Notes: generated by a model from the letters alone, not told the origin. DNA of 63,926 bases, filler included, from Octopus bimaculoides (GCF_001194135.2; 11 parts of 10 records of this genome joined end to end with filler, not necessarily neighbours in it); one strand, 5' to 3'; counted from the whole stretch's first letter, positions 24,410 to 39,135 are shown. Program-made: numbers and translations.

Positions 24410-25329
24410 TATAAGTGTTGATCAAATGTGGACGTGAGTTCAAAGGTTATGTCTAGATTTCCTAAGGTCATTTGTGGTGAAGAGACTTCTGAGACAGAAA
24501 TAGCGATTTAGGCTGAAGGATTTTTGCTAGACACAACTAAGATTAGAAAATCGGGACTGGAGGGATTTCACTAAACTTTATTAAGAATCTGGGCCGAAGG
24601 GATGTTTGCAGACCCAAAATAGGGATTATCGTAAGAAGATTTGGATTGGAGAATCTTCTCTGGAACAGCGAGAGGAAATGAACTTTATACACCTCCCCCA
24701 CCACCAAAAAAGAGAGAAAAAACGATAAGAAAAAAAAACAAAGACATATGAACGATTGTAAACAATGTATATAAACGTTCAAATGGTACTGCATGAGAGT
24801 GGGGCCCATGCAGCCATTTCATTTTCATTATATAACATCTTCATTTTCATTCGTTTTATGTTTTTTGTCCCCACTGTGATGTTCTGTCTGTCCTTGTAGT
24901 GACCACTCTGTGTTAATGCCGTAATGCCGAATAAAGAAAGAGTACAACTCCCAAACAACTTGTCAATACATATTCACATATACGATTTTTCTATCTTCAC
25001 TGGAAGGGGAGATAAATTCAATAAAGCAAGATTATATCTTGTATGGTATTTAATATACCTTTACTTTTCCTTGTTGTTCAAATACTTACGACAGCCTAGT
25101 TTCGTTTCTCGCGCGCGTGTATGTGTGTATACACATAAACATACTCGTACACATACATATATGCGATATCTCTTTGCCACTGAGTCTACTTGTCTGACTG
25201 TCGGGTCAGTCTCTCCTCTACATACATACATACATACATACATACACGCATACATACATGCATACATGCATGCATACGTACGTACATACATGTGTGTGCG
25301 TGTGTGTATGGGGAGAGAGAGAGAGACGA

Positions 25330-25355
25330 AGAGTGATAGATAGATAGACAGACAA

Positions 25356-25412
<57 letters not shown>

Positions 25413-25672
25413 CAGAGACAGACACAAGCTAGATAGCTACATAGCTAGATAAATAAATAGATAGATAGATATAGATAGATAGATAAACAGATAGACAGAC
25501 AGACAGATAGATAAATAGATAGATAAATCGATTGATAGATAGATAGATGGATAGACAGACATAGATAGATAGATAGATAGATAAATAGATAGAAAGAATG
25601 ATAGGCAGCCGGAGTTATTTATTTGCGAGAGAGAGAGAAAGTAAGAGGGAGAGAGAGAAAGAGTAAGAAAGA

Positions 25673-25730
<58 letters not shown>
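25330..25730. repeat. (GATA)n/(GACA)n/(GA)n microsatellite field
   Basis: Direct reading. Confidence 0.9.
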
Positions 25731-25734
<4 letters not shown>

Positions 25735-26156
25735 CCTATCAAAGCCACTACGAGACTATCTCTTTCTAAAGTAATTCTGGTGTTAGAGGAAAATTTCGAA
25801 TGAGTAATCATAATCAAATTGATAATATGTGTGCGGGCGAGCGAAAATAAACCTTATGTTGATTGAGTTCACCAACAGTTCTCGAAATAATACGAAGACG
25901 TGGAAGGGAAAGACGGCGACAGAGGCGAGAGGCGAGGTTGAGAAAGAGAAAAATCTACAAACTTGGAAATATAGCCTTATAAAAGCTGGCAGAAATATCT
26001 AAATCGTAACTTTGTGAAAAATAGTTAAATTGTGTTTTATATATGGAAATAACAAGATATGTATGGAATTTTCAGATACATATGTATATGCGCGTTTGTC
26101 CGTTTGTCCATATATGCATGCATGTATATATATATACATATGTATGCATGCATACG

Positions 26157-26190
<34 letters not shown>

Positions 26191-26406
26191 TGTATGTATG
26201 TATGTATGTAGGCATGGTTGAGATATAGACGTATGCTCCGGGGTATTTCCTTCATCAATTATTAAATGATGAATGCGTGTACCGCTTTCTGCCTGTTTGT
26301 AAATGTATGTAATGCATGTATATATGTATTCATTCGCTTGTGTTTTGTGCCTGTCTATATATATATATAGATATATATTTGTATGCATGTAATATGTATA
26401 CACACA

Positions 26407-26444
<38 letters not shown>

Positions 26445-26583
26445 CACATACATATATACCTATATATATATATACATATATATNNNNNNNNNNNNNNNNN
26501 NNNNNNNNNNNNNNNNNNNNNNNNNNNTTAATTAATTAANNNNNNNNNNNNNNNNNNNNNNNNNNNNNNNNNNNNNNNNNNNN

Positions 26584-26668
<85 letters not shown>

Positions 26669-27376
26669 CGCTAAAAAACAAGCAACGATACTGATAAAGT
26701 CAACGACAGTAACTTATAGCAATTCAGTTGATAGTGATTTGCATTAATACCAATAAGCTTCACTGATTGGTAGATCATCTGTAATGTGGCCTGGAAACAA
26801 ATCTCTTTATCGGATTGCGTTTGTAATTACCGTTATTGTCATCACTTTTATTGGACGATCGCGAGCAATCTCTATTCAAAACGTCTACAGAGATTTTGGC
26901 AAACGATGGCATCACCCTTCGTCGACTGAATTAACTGCGATATTCTTATTAAGCATATTACATTGTAGAACGCAATAAACCTATTGGTAAAAAATAGCGA
27001 TTATTTCCAATACTGCAACGCACAAACCAACAAGACAACAGCAATATCTCTATCTAGATTGACAATATCGATTTCGTACATCGATATGTGCTCATATATC
27101 TGACTATATGGGACAGACAGAAAGAAATCAATTGATTCTAGTGCAGTCCGAATTATGTACATATTCATAATTTACTGAAATATGAGGTATGGAGAAAAGG
27201 AAAGACGAGTAAACAGAAGGCAATCGCGTTGGAGAATGATGTAAGTATACCATGTCAGATATTTGAATTCATTATTTAGCGCTCCCTTCATTCCACGGAT
27301 TTTATCCTAACTTATAAAGTTTGCACGGAGATGAATCATATTAATAGAGGGTTCATATCAATTAAAGTGACTTCGA

Positions 27377-27580
27377 AAGGTGGTGATCTGAAAGGATAGT
27401 TAACACCCCGGGTAAATGCCAGGCCGCATTTCGTCCATCTTTACATTCAAACTTCGCTGTGGTCGACTTTGCTTTTCATCTTTTCGGGGTCGATAAAAAA
27501 AGGACCAGAAGGGCACTAGCCTCTATGTAATCAACTTACACTCTTCCCTAAACTTATTGAACTTGAACCAAAGTTTGAAA
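27377..27580 (+). mobile_element. SINE family B, degenerate
   Basis: GGTCGACTTTGCTTTTCATCTTTTCGGGGTCGATAAA core. Confidence 0.7.
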
Positions 27581-27789
27581 CATTTGAAGTGACCACATAT
27601 TTTAGCGTTCCCATAAAGGAAAAAAAAATACACTTATGAGGTTTGACTAGAGAACATGAAGGAATGCGACTATATTGCTATGCATTTGGACCTTCATGCA
27701 ACCAAATCTTCCAATCAGTGCTATATTCTTTCTCGTGACTTTCAGACGGAGACTCGTGGTGAGGCTACTTTTTCCGTTTTTAGGAAACA

Positions 27790-28010
27790 GTACACGGATT
27801 CTTCAAGCCGAGCCAAACGGAGAAACCAGGAACGAGATTGTTAGATGATATCCATGGTGTTAGTTGGTCACGCTTGGAAATCTACCAGAAAATTGTAATA
27901 AAGACTGCATCTGATACGACGCTTTGGAGGAGTCAGCCGATGACTCTCCTCCTACAACCCTCCCAGGAAGAGTATAGGGAGAAACTGGATGGATAGATGG
28001 ATGGATGGAC
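27790..28010 (+). mobile_element. RTE-clade LINE 3' end with (GGAT)n tail
   Basis: ILQAEPNG...LLDDIHGVSWSRLEI...TLWRSQPMTL..PSQEE then GGATGGATAGATGGATGGATGG; same family as 584-960. Confidence 0.7.
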
Positions 28011-28936
28011 GGAATAGCTGATTATATCTATTCCAGTATTCATCTCTCAGTTAATTTTTCGCACGAACAATGAACTCGGAAACTAAAAACAAAACAACAT
28101 CGATTACAACTGGTGTGATGAATTTGTTACAAATTTATTATTAACAGTATTACCTATGGCATATCAGGCTTTGCATTAATTTGAATCACTATACAGGTAA
28201 ACATTCCTGTTAATTAACACCAATGCTCCACAATTGACCCTACAAAAATTTCATTATTTCCTTATTTTAGATTGTATAACAACTCCGCCAAGATTTCTCT
28301 GACGACATGAAATATTCTGAACTTCATTCAAACAAATGGGTCGTTTATAAAAGTCGCATCATTTGCGCATCTTGTTTTTCTTGGGCCTTGGCTTGTCAAT
28401 TTTGTCTGTGCTTTTCATCTGTGAAATCAGCTAACTATTCCATTATCTCAGTAAGGCTTGGAAAGTTTAAACCGAAGTCATTCTCCGCCTTATGATAATA
28501 ATCCAACATAGGTTTGTATGTAGGAGGTAAAAATATTTAAGCTATACAAAACAAAACTGAATCGCTATGAAAACACTACATTTATGAACTGTACTCACAA
28601 TGTACAGAAACGTCCATTAAAATTTGGAATGCATTCAATGATAACGTCATAAGATGTGTTGTATCCAAAAACAAATACAATATAACAAGAACAGATTCAA
28701 GAACACCCGCCGAGCAAACAACAACAGCAGCAACAACAACAATATTGGAATCAGTTTTTAAAATAGATTCGAGATCAAGAATGTTTCAGTTAGTACAGTC
28801 AATCATATATCGACCCCAGTTAATAACTGGTTGAATTATTATCGACGAAAACGCAGAAGCATAATTTGAAATCAAGATGTAAATGGACGTCTTAGAGAAC
28901 ATTCATATTTCTGTATAACTTCACTTCATCAATACG

Positions 28937-28973
<37 letters not shown>

Positions 28974-29054
28974 GTATATGTAAATATATATATGTACCTC
29001 ACATACATAATTTTGCATGTATACACATTCACACATAAATATATACATTCATAC

Positions 29055-29143
<89 letters not shown>

Positions 29144-30124
29144 TACATACTGAATGAGAGATGCTGTTCACGCCAGCTTGATCTGCCACAATTAGAAGCC
29201 ACATCTCATAAATGACGCCATAAAGTTTTAATATAGGAATAAAACAATGCGTCATTAGGCATTCGTTGCTAGATACACGAAAAGAAAAGACAGGATGACC
29301 AGAGAAGAAGCCATAATTATAGAACGGCTTTAAGTGTTGGTCTGCTCAATCAACACCGGCAATTGTATATTAACACATAATGCCGAAACTCCCATCTCAG
29401 ATACAGATCAGAAATAATCTATAGGACGAAATTAATACGAAATTTAAAATGAAACGACATTGGGATACTGATTTATATATCGAACAGAATACACTGATCG
29501 ATTGTTAAGGAATTATAGCCTAATAAAGATGCGGACAGTGCTTATTATTTCAGTCCTATATCGAAGATTCCTAATTAGATATCATAATAGATAAACAGCA
29601 AAATGACATATTACATCTTGGGTATCAAACATAGAGATCAAATGTAGCGATCTTCTTTGCCCAAATTTGGCTGTACACTTAATAAAGGCATGGAATGGTG
29701 TTAATATCCATAATAGTGGTAAAACTAGCTACTTGGCCTGTGAAAGTATGTAATTAGGGAAATTCGATTTTAGATCAGAGATAAAGTCAGCGTCTGTTTA
29801 AACTTGAGGGACTCACTGTACAAATGCTCGATCTACTGGAATTAACAGCTAAATCTCACTTAAATCTTATTCTAACATCTTAAAAGAAAGAAAACACCGA
29901 GCAATGGAGCCTTAAATAATGAAAATGGAGCGACGACCATAACTAGAAAGCCATGGGTCACGGCAAAACTGTAGCAAAACCAAATAGTAAAAGAACAAAA
30001 TATGGAATAAATATGGCTGTAGGTCACTCTTGAGTTTCAAATAATTTTTGCTTTATGTGTTGTCCATAATGTTTATTTTTTTAAGTAAAGCCTTTGTGGT
30101 TAATAAAGAAATCGCCAGTATTAA

Positions 30125-31262
30125 TATTATTTTCTTGTTTTTACTCAGCTTCTAATGCTGGAGATGTACATCGGTATCCGCTGTTCACTACCAGTGAACT
30201 AAGGTAACATCTCTTATTTTTCGAGCACCACCCGGAGTATTCGAGCGGTTCGAAGCAGTGCTGTTTTCTGTAAGCGCTCCACCCTTATTGCAGCCCCTAT
30301 TTGTTCCATGTACTTCTCAAGATTTTTATCCACTGTTCCCAGGGTTCCGACTACCTCCTTTTTCAGTGACCACAACTGGTTAATCCCCCAAGCTAACCTG
30401 TCATATCTGTCAACTTTTCTTTCTTCCTTATCGCATACCTTGTTGTCAGCTGGGCATGTTCTATCTATTATCCACCATCATTGACTTTCTTTCTCAATTA
30501 ACACCATGTCTGATATCCTATCCTCTATCTCATGGTCGCACTGAATCATAAGATCTCATAGGATCTTTGCGTTGTCATTTTCGATGAAGTCTTTGGGTTT
30601 AAGTTCGTACCACTTTTTTGCTGCCAAGTCCATACTTGTAAAGTGTCCAATGGAAAATCTTTGCTCTATTGTTATGACGCTTCATATTCTTTCTGGGCTT
30701 GTGGCGAACATTGATTGGTAATATTCCATACGGTCCCTCCATTTTCTCCACAAATTCTGCACTTATCACTTTCTGATTTGTTGTCTATTCTGTATTTGAT
30801 GTAACTGGCTCTTAATGCTAGCTTGTCGGCAGCACAGATTAGAGCCTCCGTTTCCGGTTTTAAATTACTTTTAGTCATCCATAGCCATCTTCTTTTCTCT
30901 GTCTTGTCTTCAACATCCCTATCAAATTGTCCAGGCATTCTTTTCTTTATTCACCTATTTTCAGTTTCATTCATTCTAAAGTGCTTGTACCGTGCGTCAT
31001 CTTTTCAATCTTCCATCCTACACAAGCCTGAACTTCTTACTTCTAATATTGGCGGTTCTATGGTATTTTTTTTACATACCATGCTATATTGTTTTCTTCT
31101 CCTCTAATGCTGTGTTTGCATCCAATAAGTCCTCTTCCCCCAATTTTACTTGGTACATACAGTCTGTCTGGGTCACTTTTTGAGTGGAGTCTCCCATATC
31201 TAGTCAGCAACTTCCTTGTCTTTCTGTTTTGTTCATCTACTGTCCATGCTCCATGTCTAAGG
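30125..31262 (-). mobile_element. R4/Dong-clade non-LTR retrotransposon (second family), CCHC + RLE region, defective
   Basis: GQFDR, WLWMTKSNLKPETEALICAA, CRICG (zinc knuckle), KILWDLMIQCD, WIIDRTCPAD, KVDRYDRL, LQKTALLRTARILRVVLEK*. Confidence 0.85.
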
Positions 31263-31275
31263 AGTGAAACTGCCT

Positions 31276-31289
31276 ATTATTATTATTAA

Positions 31290-31356
<67 letters not shown>

Positions 31357-31375
31357 ATTATTATTATTATTATTA

Positions 31376-31440
<65 letters not shown>

Positions 31441-31474
31441 GTTGTTGTTGTTGTTGCTGTTGTTATTATTATTA

Positions 31475-31541
<67 letters not shown>

Positions 31542-31639
31542 TATTATTATTATTATTATCATTATTATTATTATTATTTTTATGGTTGTTGTTGTTGTTG
31601 CTGTCGTCGACGTCGTTGTTGTTGTTATTATTATTATTG
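31276..31639. repeat. Long (ATT)n/(GTT)n trinucleotide array
   Basis: Direct reading. Confidence 0.95.
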
Positions 31640-32126
31640 AGTTAGAGAACAGTGCATGCCATTAAAATAACACTGGAGTACAAATATACGAAGCCCATTA
31701 TACCCATCATGACTACCCGTCTGATAAGGGTTCACCGGGCACATGCATCACAACCACATGTGCGCGACATGGTGATCTCATATCAAGATAAACAGTGGAT
31801 GACCTTGCAGGTGGGACCCAGTTAGAATTTTCTTCAGGTCGAGTAGCCCATCCCGTTCAAAAGGTCCCTGAATAAGGTTTGTTTAAGGATGTTGAGCAAA
31901 ACACCCATGTTTGGAAAGGTGAATTATTCAAACCCCAAAGAATTCCTCTCTACACATGACTATGATGCTCCCCACTACTTCTGCTCACGATCAGAGATGC
32001 ACATATCGTCAGTCACCAAGGGACATGCTCAACTGGTTAAGGTCAAACAACTGACAAGCAAATCTATTGTATTGAGCAGAATATTTGCTGTAGCCCATCT
32101 TTTATACCAAGACAAAACAATGTACC

Positions 32127-32171
<45 letters not shown>

Positions 32172-32173
<2 letters not shown>

Positions 32174-32739
32174 TTATGTTTCTTTTGCATTTGTACAAGT
32201 TGAATTCAAGTCTCACCCAGAGACCTCAAGAGACAACAAGTTAGAAGTTCATGTAGGTGTTATGCCTAGGGTACCATATATTTGGATTTGTACAGTTTTG
32301 TTCTAGTGAATGTTTAAGAAACCATAAGAAAATTATGTGTTTGCTTTAAAATTTGAGATCACATAGACAGTATTTTACGTAGGATATGGGCAGTTCCCAT
32401 GAGCACTATCTTTTGAACTTCAGCCATTTTGGGGTTTCCTGGTATCTGAGCTAGGTAGTAATCAGCCCGTTTCGCTGTCATTCCCAGGGCACCTATGACA
32501 ATAGGTATTGTTTTCGTCTTCAGATTCCACATTTTGCTAATTTCTATTTCAAGATATTTATATTTGCTCAGTTTTTGGTAGGTCTTGACAGATACGTTTA
32601 TATCGATTGGGACAGTCATATCAATGAGGAGGCATGATTTTTGTCTGAGGTCTTTCAGTATGATGTCTGGCCTATTTGCGTCTATCTTTCTGTCAGTTTG
32701 AATGGTGAAGTTCCAGAGGAGTGCAATCATTATTTTCAA
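32172..32739 (-). mobile_element. R4/Dong-clade element, 5'-truncated, RLE domain largely open
   Basis: ORF 32359-32739: LLWNFTIQTDRKIDANRPDIILKD...LIDMTVPIDINV..K..KLSKYKYLEIEI (PD-D/E-xK RLE signature); 3'UTR ends in (AAT)n. Confidence 0.9.
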
Positions 32740-35040
32740 CTGCTTACTTTATTTCTGAGGTGACTTTGTAATGCTATACTGAGTTTACAGTGAGGTGGTG
32801 AGGTTATAGGAAAATGGTGGAATTAAATAAACGCCATTTAAACGAAAGAGGGATTCGGGAAGTTTGGAAACAAAGATATTGAAATAAAGGTTAATTTTCA
32901 CTGTTAAAAAAACCATTGAGATCCTGAATTGGTTATAGCGGAATTTAAATGACATCTCCAATACTAAATATCATAAGGAGGATATAGCCCAAGATATTAC
33001 GAACAAAGACTTTAAAAAAATGATAAAAATAAAGTGCGATGTGTAGTCTGGTGTGCCATTATGCACCGTAAAATGTCAGTTATTCTGATGTATGACAATT
33101 GCATGGAATGTTGTGAAGCTTACAGATATAGAGAAACGTCTTACACTTCCTTTGTCTCTCTTTCTGTCTCTACCTCCTCCTCCTCCTCCTCCTCCTCCCC
33201 CTCCTCCTCCTCTCTCTCTCTCCCTCTCGATGTATTTATACATTTATATGTTGAAGGGTATATACATACATATGTAAACGAATATTATTAAAAAATAGAT
33301 TGAAATTATATTTGTTCTATCTTGTATAGATTTTGTCGGTTTTGTTTATCCCTTCATGTTTCAAGTTGGCTTTCCCAGGATTTGAACTCAGTACTTAAAG
33401 AAAAGGAAGAAATTCCGATATGCATTTTGTCCTATGCACTTACGATCTCACACGTTCTCTGATTGTTCAACAAACATTAAATTTGAGTTGAACAGTAGAA
33501 AAGGTAATACATACATTAAACATAAAGTACACGACCCACACCGCGTGTAAAACTAATTCACAAATTATACTGAAAATGTACTCAGAAATCATATATAAAC
33601 TATGGATAGAATGCAGGGAGATACTATCAAACATTCTTATAGATCAGAAGATCAACGCCAAAACATGTAACTAGCATTAATTATATACAATATAAACACT
33701 AAAAACAAATCCTAATGATCAATAACAAACGTCAGACACGTATCCATGTAAAAGCTAATAATGAACAAAGTGATTTCAAAAGTTGAAATTTTAGAAACAC
33801 ATTATAAAAGAAATGTAGAAAACAGAGGCGGTGTGTTTGGTGCTTGAAAAACTTTGCTCGTCGCTCTGATAGACTGGGGTTAACCTAAGAATAAACAACA
33901 GCAACAATTATAGCAGCAAAAGGTAATAAAATAAAAGAGGCAAAATATAATCTTGCCATGGATGTAAAGTTTCAAGCCTTAATTCTACATCTATGACGTC
34001 CACCCACTTAATCGAAATAGGATAATCACAAATTATCGCCTTTGATTCGCAGAAGTAATAATTGAGAAACGCTGCTTTCATCGCCATGGAGATAACAGCA
34101 ATAAAATGAGTAAATGACTGAATGAATAATTAATTAAAACTAGAATATAAAAGGGGGTGTTTGGAAATTCGATAATGGAGGAATAACTAAATGAACATTT
34201 CGGAGCAATTTGGCGGACAACTTTTATACGCATAAACCAATAATTAAAGCATAAAGCAGTCAATAAATGTAATTAAAAATAAACAATAATTGAAAAAAAT
34301 GAACGAAAAAATATCATTTAAATACAGCCAGACTTTTTAAAAATCATCACAGAATTAGGAATAATATGTGCACCATTAACACATTTGGAGGGCCAACCAT
34401 AATATGTGTCGACGCACAAAATACAACTGTAAAACCTCCTACATTTTACATGGTCGTCGCGGTGGTATCTGTGAGGCCAGACAGTTGATAATTCTGTCTT
34501 TATGTAGCTGATATTGTATCGTTCTTGTGCAGTTACCTTAAAGATCTGAATCGATGCACACCGTTCGTTGAAACGTTTGTAAACCTCTAAAATGTGGGAG
34601 GTTTTTAGCAGCACTTTTTATCGTTGAATAAGTGGGGGTTAGATTAAGATTCCACTGGCAATAATAGTTAAATTTTACTACAACAGAAACAATGAATAAC
34701 TTTTACACCCATTGACTAGAGTCACGACAACGATATTTCGATACAGTGTGATATGGCATCGGAATGTAAAGACCCAAATTAAGAATACTAAGGCATTCGT
34801 GCATATGTACATACATACATGCAAACATATATACATACATATATGTATGTATGTGTGTATGTATGTATGAATATATTATTCTTATACACGAGTATTATGG
34901 ACAGTAACTTCGAGGTATCGGCCAGCTAAGCTGTCGTCGGACTGTTTAACTGTAGACGGAAACTGAAAGAAGCCTGTCGTATATATATATATATATATAT
35001 ATATATATNNNNNNNNNNCATACGCACACACACACACACA

Positions 35041-35095
<55 letters not shown>

Positions 35096-36858
35096 CAATG
35101 TAATTAACAGGATTTTAAGTAGCAGTGCAGAACAAACCTTTGAAGTGGGTCTATTTCATTAAAAGATGCAATCATTACATTAATTTAAATACGGCACTCT
35201 CTTCAGCTGCACAAATAATATGGAACGTATGGAACTTCAACAGGCAAGATGTATTGGTATAATTGGGACTGTGTGGATAATACGGGACTGAATTTGTGCT
35301 TCAACTTAAGTACCTAATTCAACTGAATCTTAATTATTTATNNNNNNNNNNNNNNNNNNNNNNNNNNNNNNNNNNNNNNNNNNNNNNNNNNNNNNNNNNN
35401 NNNNNNNNNNNNNNNNNNNNNNNNNNNNNNNNNNNNNNNNNNNNNNNNNNNNNNNNNNNNNNNNNNNNNNNNNNNNNNNNNNNNNNNNNNNNNNNNNNNN
35501 NNNNNNNNNNNNNNNNNNNNNNNNNNNNNNNNNNNNNNNNNNNNNNNNNNNNNNNNNNNNNNNNNNNNNNNNNNNNNNNNNNNNNNNNNNNNNNNNNNNN
35601 NNNNNNNNNNNNNNNNNNNNNNNNNNNNNNNNNNNNNNNNNNNNNNNNNNNNNNNNNNNNNNNNNNNNNNNNNNNNNNNNNNNNNNNNNNNNNNNNNNNN
35701 NNNNNNNNNNNNNNNNNNNNNNNNNNNNNNNNNNNNNNNNNNNNNNNNNNNNNNNNNNNNNNNNNNNNNNNNNNNNNNNNNNNNNNNNNNNNNNNNNNNN
35801 NNNNNNNNNNNNNNNNNNNNNNNNNNNNNNNNNNNNNNNNNNNNNNNNNNNNNNNNNNNNNNNNNNNNNNNNNNNNNNNNNNNNNNNNNNNNNNNNNNNN
35901 NNNNNNNNNNNNNNNNNNNNNNNNNNNNNNNNNNNNNNNNNNNNNNNNNNNNNNNNNNNNNNNNNNNNNNNNNNNNNNNNNNNNNNNNNNNNNNNNNNNN
36001 NNNNNNNNNNNNNNNNNNNNNNNNNNNNNNNNNNNNNNNNNNNNNNNNNNNNNNNNNNNNNNNNNNNNNNNNNNNNNNNNNNNNNNNNNNNNNNNNNNNN
36101 NNNNNNNNNNNNNNNNNNNNNNNNNNNNNNNNNNNNNNNNNNNNNNNNNNNNNNNNNNNNNNATATGTATGTATATATACATACATACAACATTTTGAAG
36201 CCACTCACACATACATACACACAAACATATATATGTGTGTTATTATTGGCATACGTATCTGTATAGATAAGTGTGTATTGTACATAATTTAAGAGACAGA
36301 AGCCTTACGACTAAGGTATCGCCTAGATACTTGTTGTAATAATGATTTTTGACATTGCCACAAAGACATAACTTTGTTACGAAGACATAATCGATTTCAT
36401 CGAACCCAGCACACGACCGATATTTATTTCCTTGAACCCGGAGTTATGAAACATTAATTCAAGCGTAAAGTTATCCGCATTATGTCCTGACAGCGAAGAA
36501 ACTAAATACCGCGAGGCTTTAGCGTAAATTAAAATTACCCAACAGAATTAGACACTTCACATAATGACATAATGATATAAATAATTATTGTGCGCACCAA
36601 TGAACGTATACTGTTCACCATATTCAGCCAGAAAAGAAATTAGGAGTCACCGTTTCTCCTCGTGTATTCAATTATTTGTTTGACCGCTTGCATGCTCTGA
36701 TATCCCAGTATACAGTGAACATCAGCTATCACAGGAAATCTAATTTCTCTATCAATGATTACTAATGATATTTTTGTCGATGATTACTTTGTGAATAATA
36801 TATAAACACACACACACACACAAAAATGTATGTATGCATATATATATATATATAAACT

Positions 36859-36891
<33 letters not shown>

Positions 36892-37657
36892 ATATATATG
36901 TATACGTAGATATATACATATATATGTATACGTAGATATATACATATATATGTATACGTAGATATATACACATAAATATAGATACATACATACCTATATA
37001 TANNNNNNNNNNNNNNNNNNNNNNNNNNNNNNNNNNNNNNNNNNNNNNNNNNNNNNNNNNNNNATATATACATATATATGTATACGTAGATATATACATA
37101 TATAGATATAAATATATAAATATATAATCAATTTATATATTATTCTTTATCTGTAATTAGTAAGTTAATGATATCTGTATCAATGATTAAGTTGTTCACA
37201 AGATTTGGTCATCGTATTAAATTACTTCTGTATATGAGCCAGATTCAACAAGTGTCATATTTCTTAGCCAGGTAAGGAGTTGTATAAAAAAAGACACGGA
37301 ATCAGAGACGAAAAACGAAATCGAAGAGAAATAAACACGTTTTATCTACATAATTAAGCAATAGTACAATTTGTTTTATATATAAGTAGTTAGAATATTT
37401 ATCAGAGCAACATGATTACTACTTCTATCGATAAGTATTAATTAGTCTTCAATATGCATGTATGTATGTATGTATGTATGTATGTATGTATGTATGAATG
37501 TATGTATTTTTGTATGTATGTGCGTGTGTTTGCACTCGCTCATGCGTGTGTGGGAGACAGAGAGGGAGAGATAGAGACGTCATGTTGAATAGGTAAAGTC
37601 ATACCTTTAAATGAAGGTAAAAATACGATGTCTTATCATTCAGCATAGTTTGTGTAA

Positions 37658-39135
37658 CGCTAGAAGTCCCGGGTTGTTCCCTACCTTTAAGGAACAGAGA
37701 TCGTCAATTAATGCAAATATATTTTTTTCGAATTTGAAAAGAAACAAAAGGGAAAAGGAGAGGCAGAACATCATTATTAAATGTATAAATCTGTTGAATC
37801 TTATGAATTTGTAATGATATTATTTGCAATACTTTGATATTTTGAAAACAAATTTATCCCAACAAAATAAAAAGAAATTTATTGAAATTCTAAACTTCCA
37901 TTGTAACGTTTTAGCGCCCATTTGCCACACAAAGGTTTTTTACCACTCCATACATATTTGTGATTCTGTTTCGGCGTTTTGTTTTCACACGTGTACGTCT
38001 GACTTTATTTCTAGCGGTAAATGGACGTTGGAAAGTACAGGAACGACCGCGAGCTGACTCGCCGCAAAAATTCTTCAGTAACTTTTTAGATGCATTCCCG
38101 TTGAATAATGGCTGAGTTGCAGACACTTGTTTATATTACCCAGCTGTTTATAACAGCAACATCAAGAATATGAAAAGAAAACCGTGCATTGACAATCGCC
38201 TATTGCCATTTGGTCAAGAACGTCTACGCCTACATTATTGTTGTTATAAAAATGTATGGTGTCAGGTAGTGGCGGAGTGGGCCTAAAAATATTGGTTGCC
38301 AGGAGTCTAAGGGGGCCCACCCGCAAATACAAAGGGGCCCACCCACAACTACAAAGGGGTATCCACCTGAAACTACAATGCTATCATTTTATTTTATTTG
38401 TTTTTGGTTAAAAGTATTCTTTTCAACTGTCTACAAACAGCCAGGCTGAAATAATCAATGAATTCTTCCAGGGGTGAATAAAACAAATCTTAATCTTGAT
38501 GGGGATGGGCCCCTTAGATACTAACATAGGCCCCCATATATGGATTCTAATGGCGCAGGGGCCCACTTGCCATCGAGCAAGCTGGCAACCTGGTCAGTTC
38601 GTCACGTGTGAGGCTTTTTCTCGGGATTATTTTCAGAAGGAACTTCTACATGTTGATGTAAGGTACTCAAAACAACAACAGACTTTGATTTTCTGAACTG
38701 GTACGATGTAAGTGCGACAGTAGGCTTCTCTGTGGATTTAAAAGTCACAGTTTGATGGACAGTTTTACTGCTTCTGAAAATTCCCGTCTGTTCTGACAAA
38801 TTATTCCGACTAAGCTGTAGTTTTGTTTTGCGAGCTATAAAGGCTATGCAATTATTTAATATCTAAAACGTTGTCACATGTATTTATAAACAAAGCAGTT
38901 ACAAGTTTTAAAATTCGTCAGTGCGTCAATTGATGCGTGTGGTGCTTATAGATAATATGTGGTTTATTATTATTTTTTTAAAGTTGCTGCAAACAATCTG
39001 CGGTATATACTGTATATAGATATCATAAAATTATGAAAAGTCAAGTAACATGATGCCACAATCTACAATAGTTTTTGAATTGTGTGCAATTAAGATTTTA
39101 AAATGCGTCAATTGACACATTCGATCCTTGTAGTG
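37658..39135 (-). mobile_element. piggyBac-like element relic, interrupted by a MITE
   Basis: Minus strand: TSYQFRKSKSVVVLSTLH...KKPHT|IHFYNNNNVGVDVLDQM...VFFHILDVAVINSWVI...KKPLCGK (decayed Cys-rich domain). Possible termini TTAA-CACTACAAGG (right) and GTAA-CGCTAGAAGT (left); termini less certain than the coding relic. Confidence 0.7.
38267..38605. mobile_element. hAT-type MITE inserted into the piggyBac relic
   Basis: Imperfect TIRs TAGTGGCGGAGTGGGCC / GGTCAGTTCGTCAC, subterminal GGGCCC repeats, 8-bp flanking duplication GTGTCAGG / GTGTGAGG; the transposase frame resumes across it. Confidence 0.7.

Noticed and set aside
37183-37276. GHRIKLL peptide resembling a SAM-domain helix, followed by CAG|GTAAGG
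   Set aside because: Only a 7-residue resemblance, poor acceptor context, rest of the domain absent.
38015-38112. Apparent + strand exon (TTTATTTCTAG acceptor; VNGRWKVQERPRADSPQKFF...) phase-compatible with the 11285 exon
   Set aside because: It lies antisense within the piggyBac relic, which explains the sequence; weak donor and no independent support.
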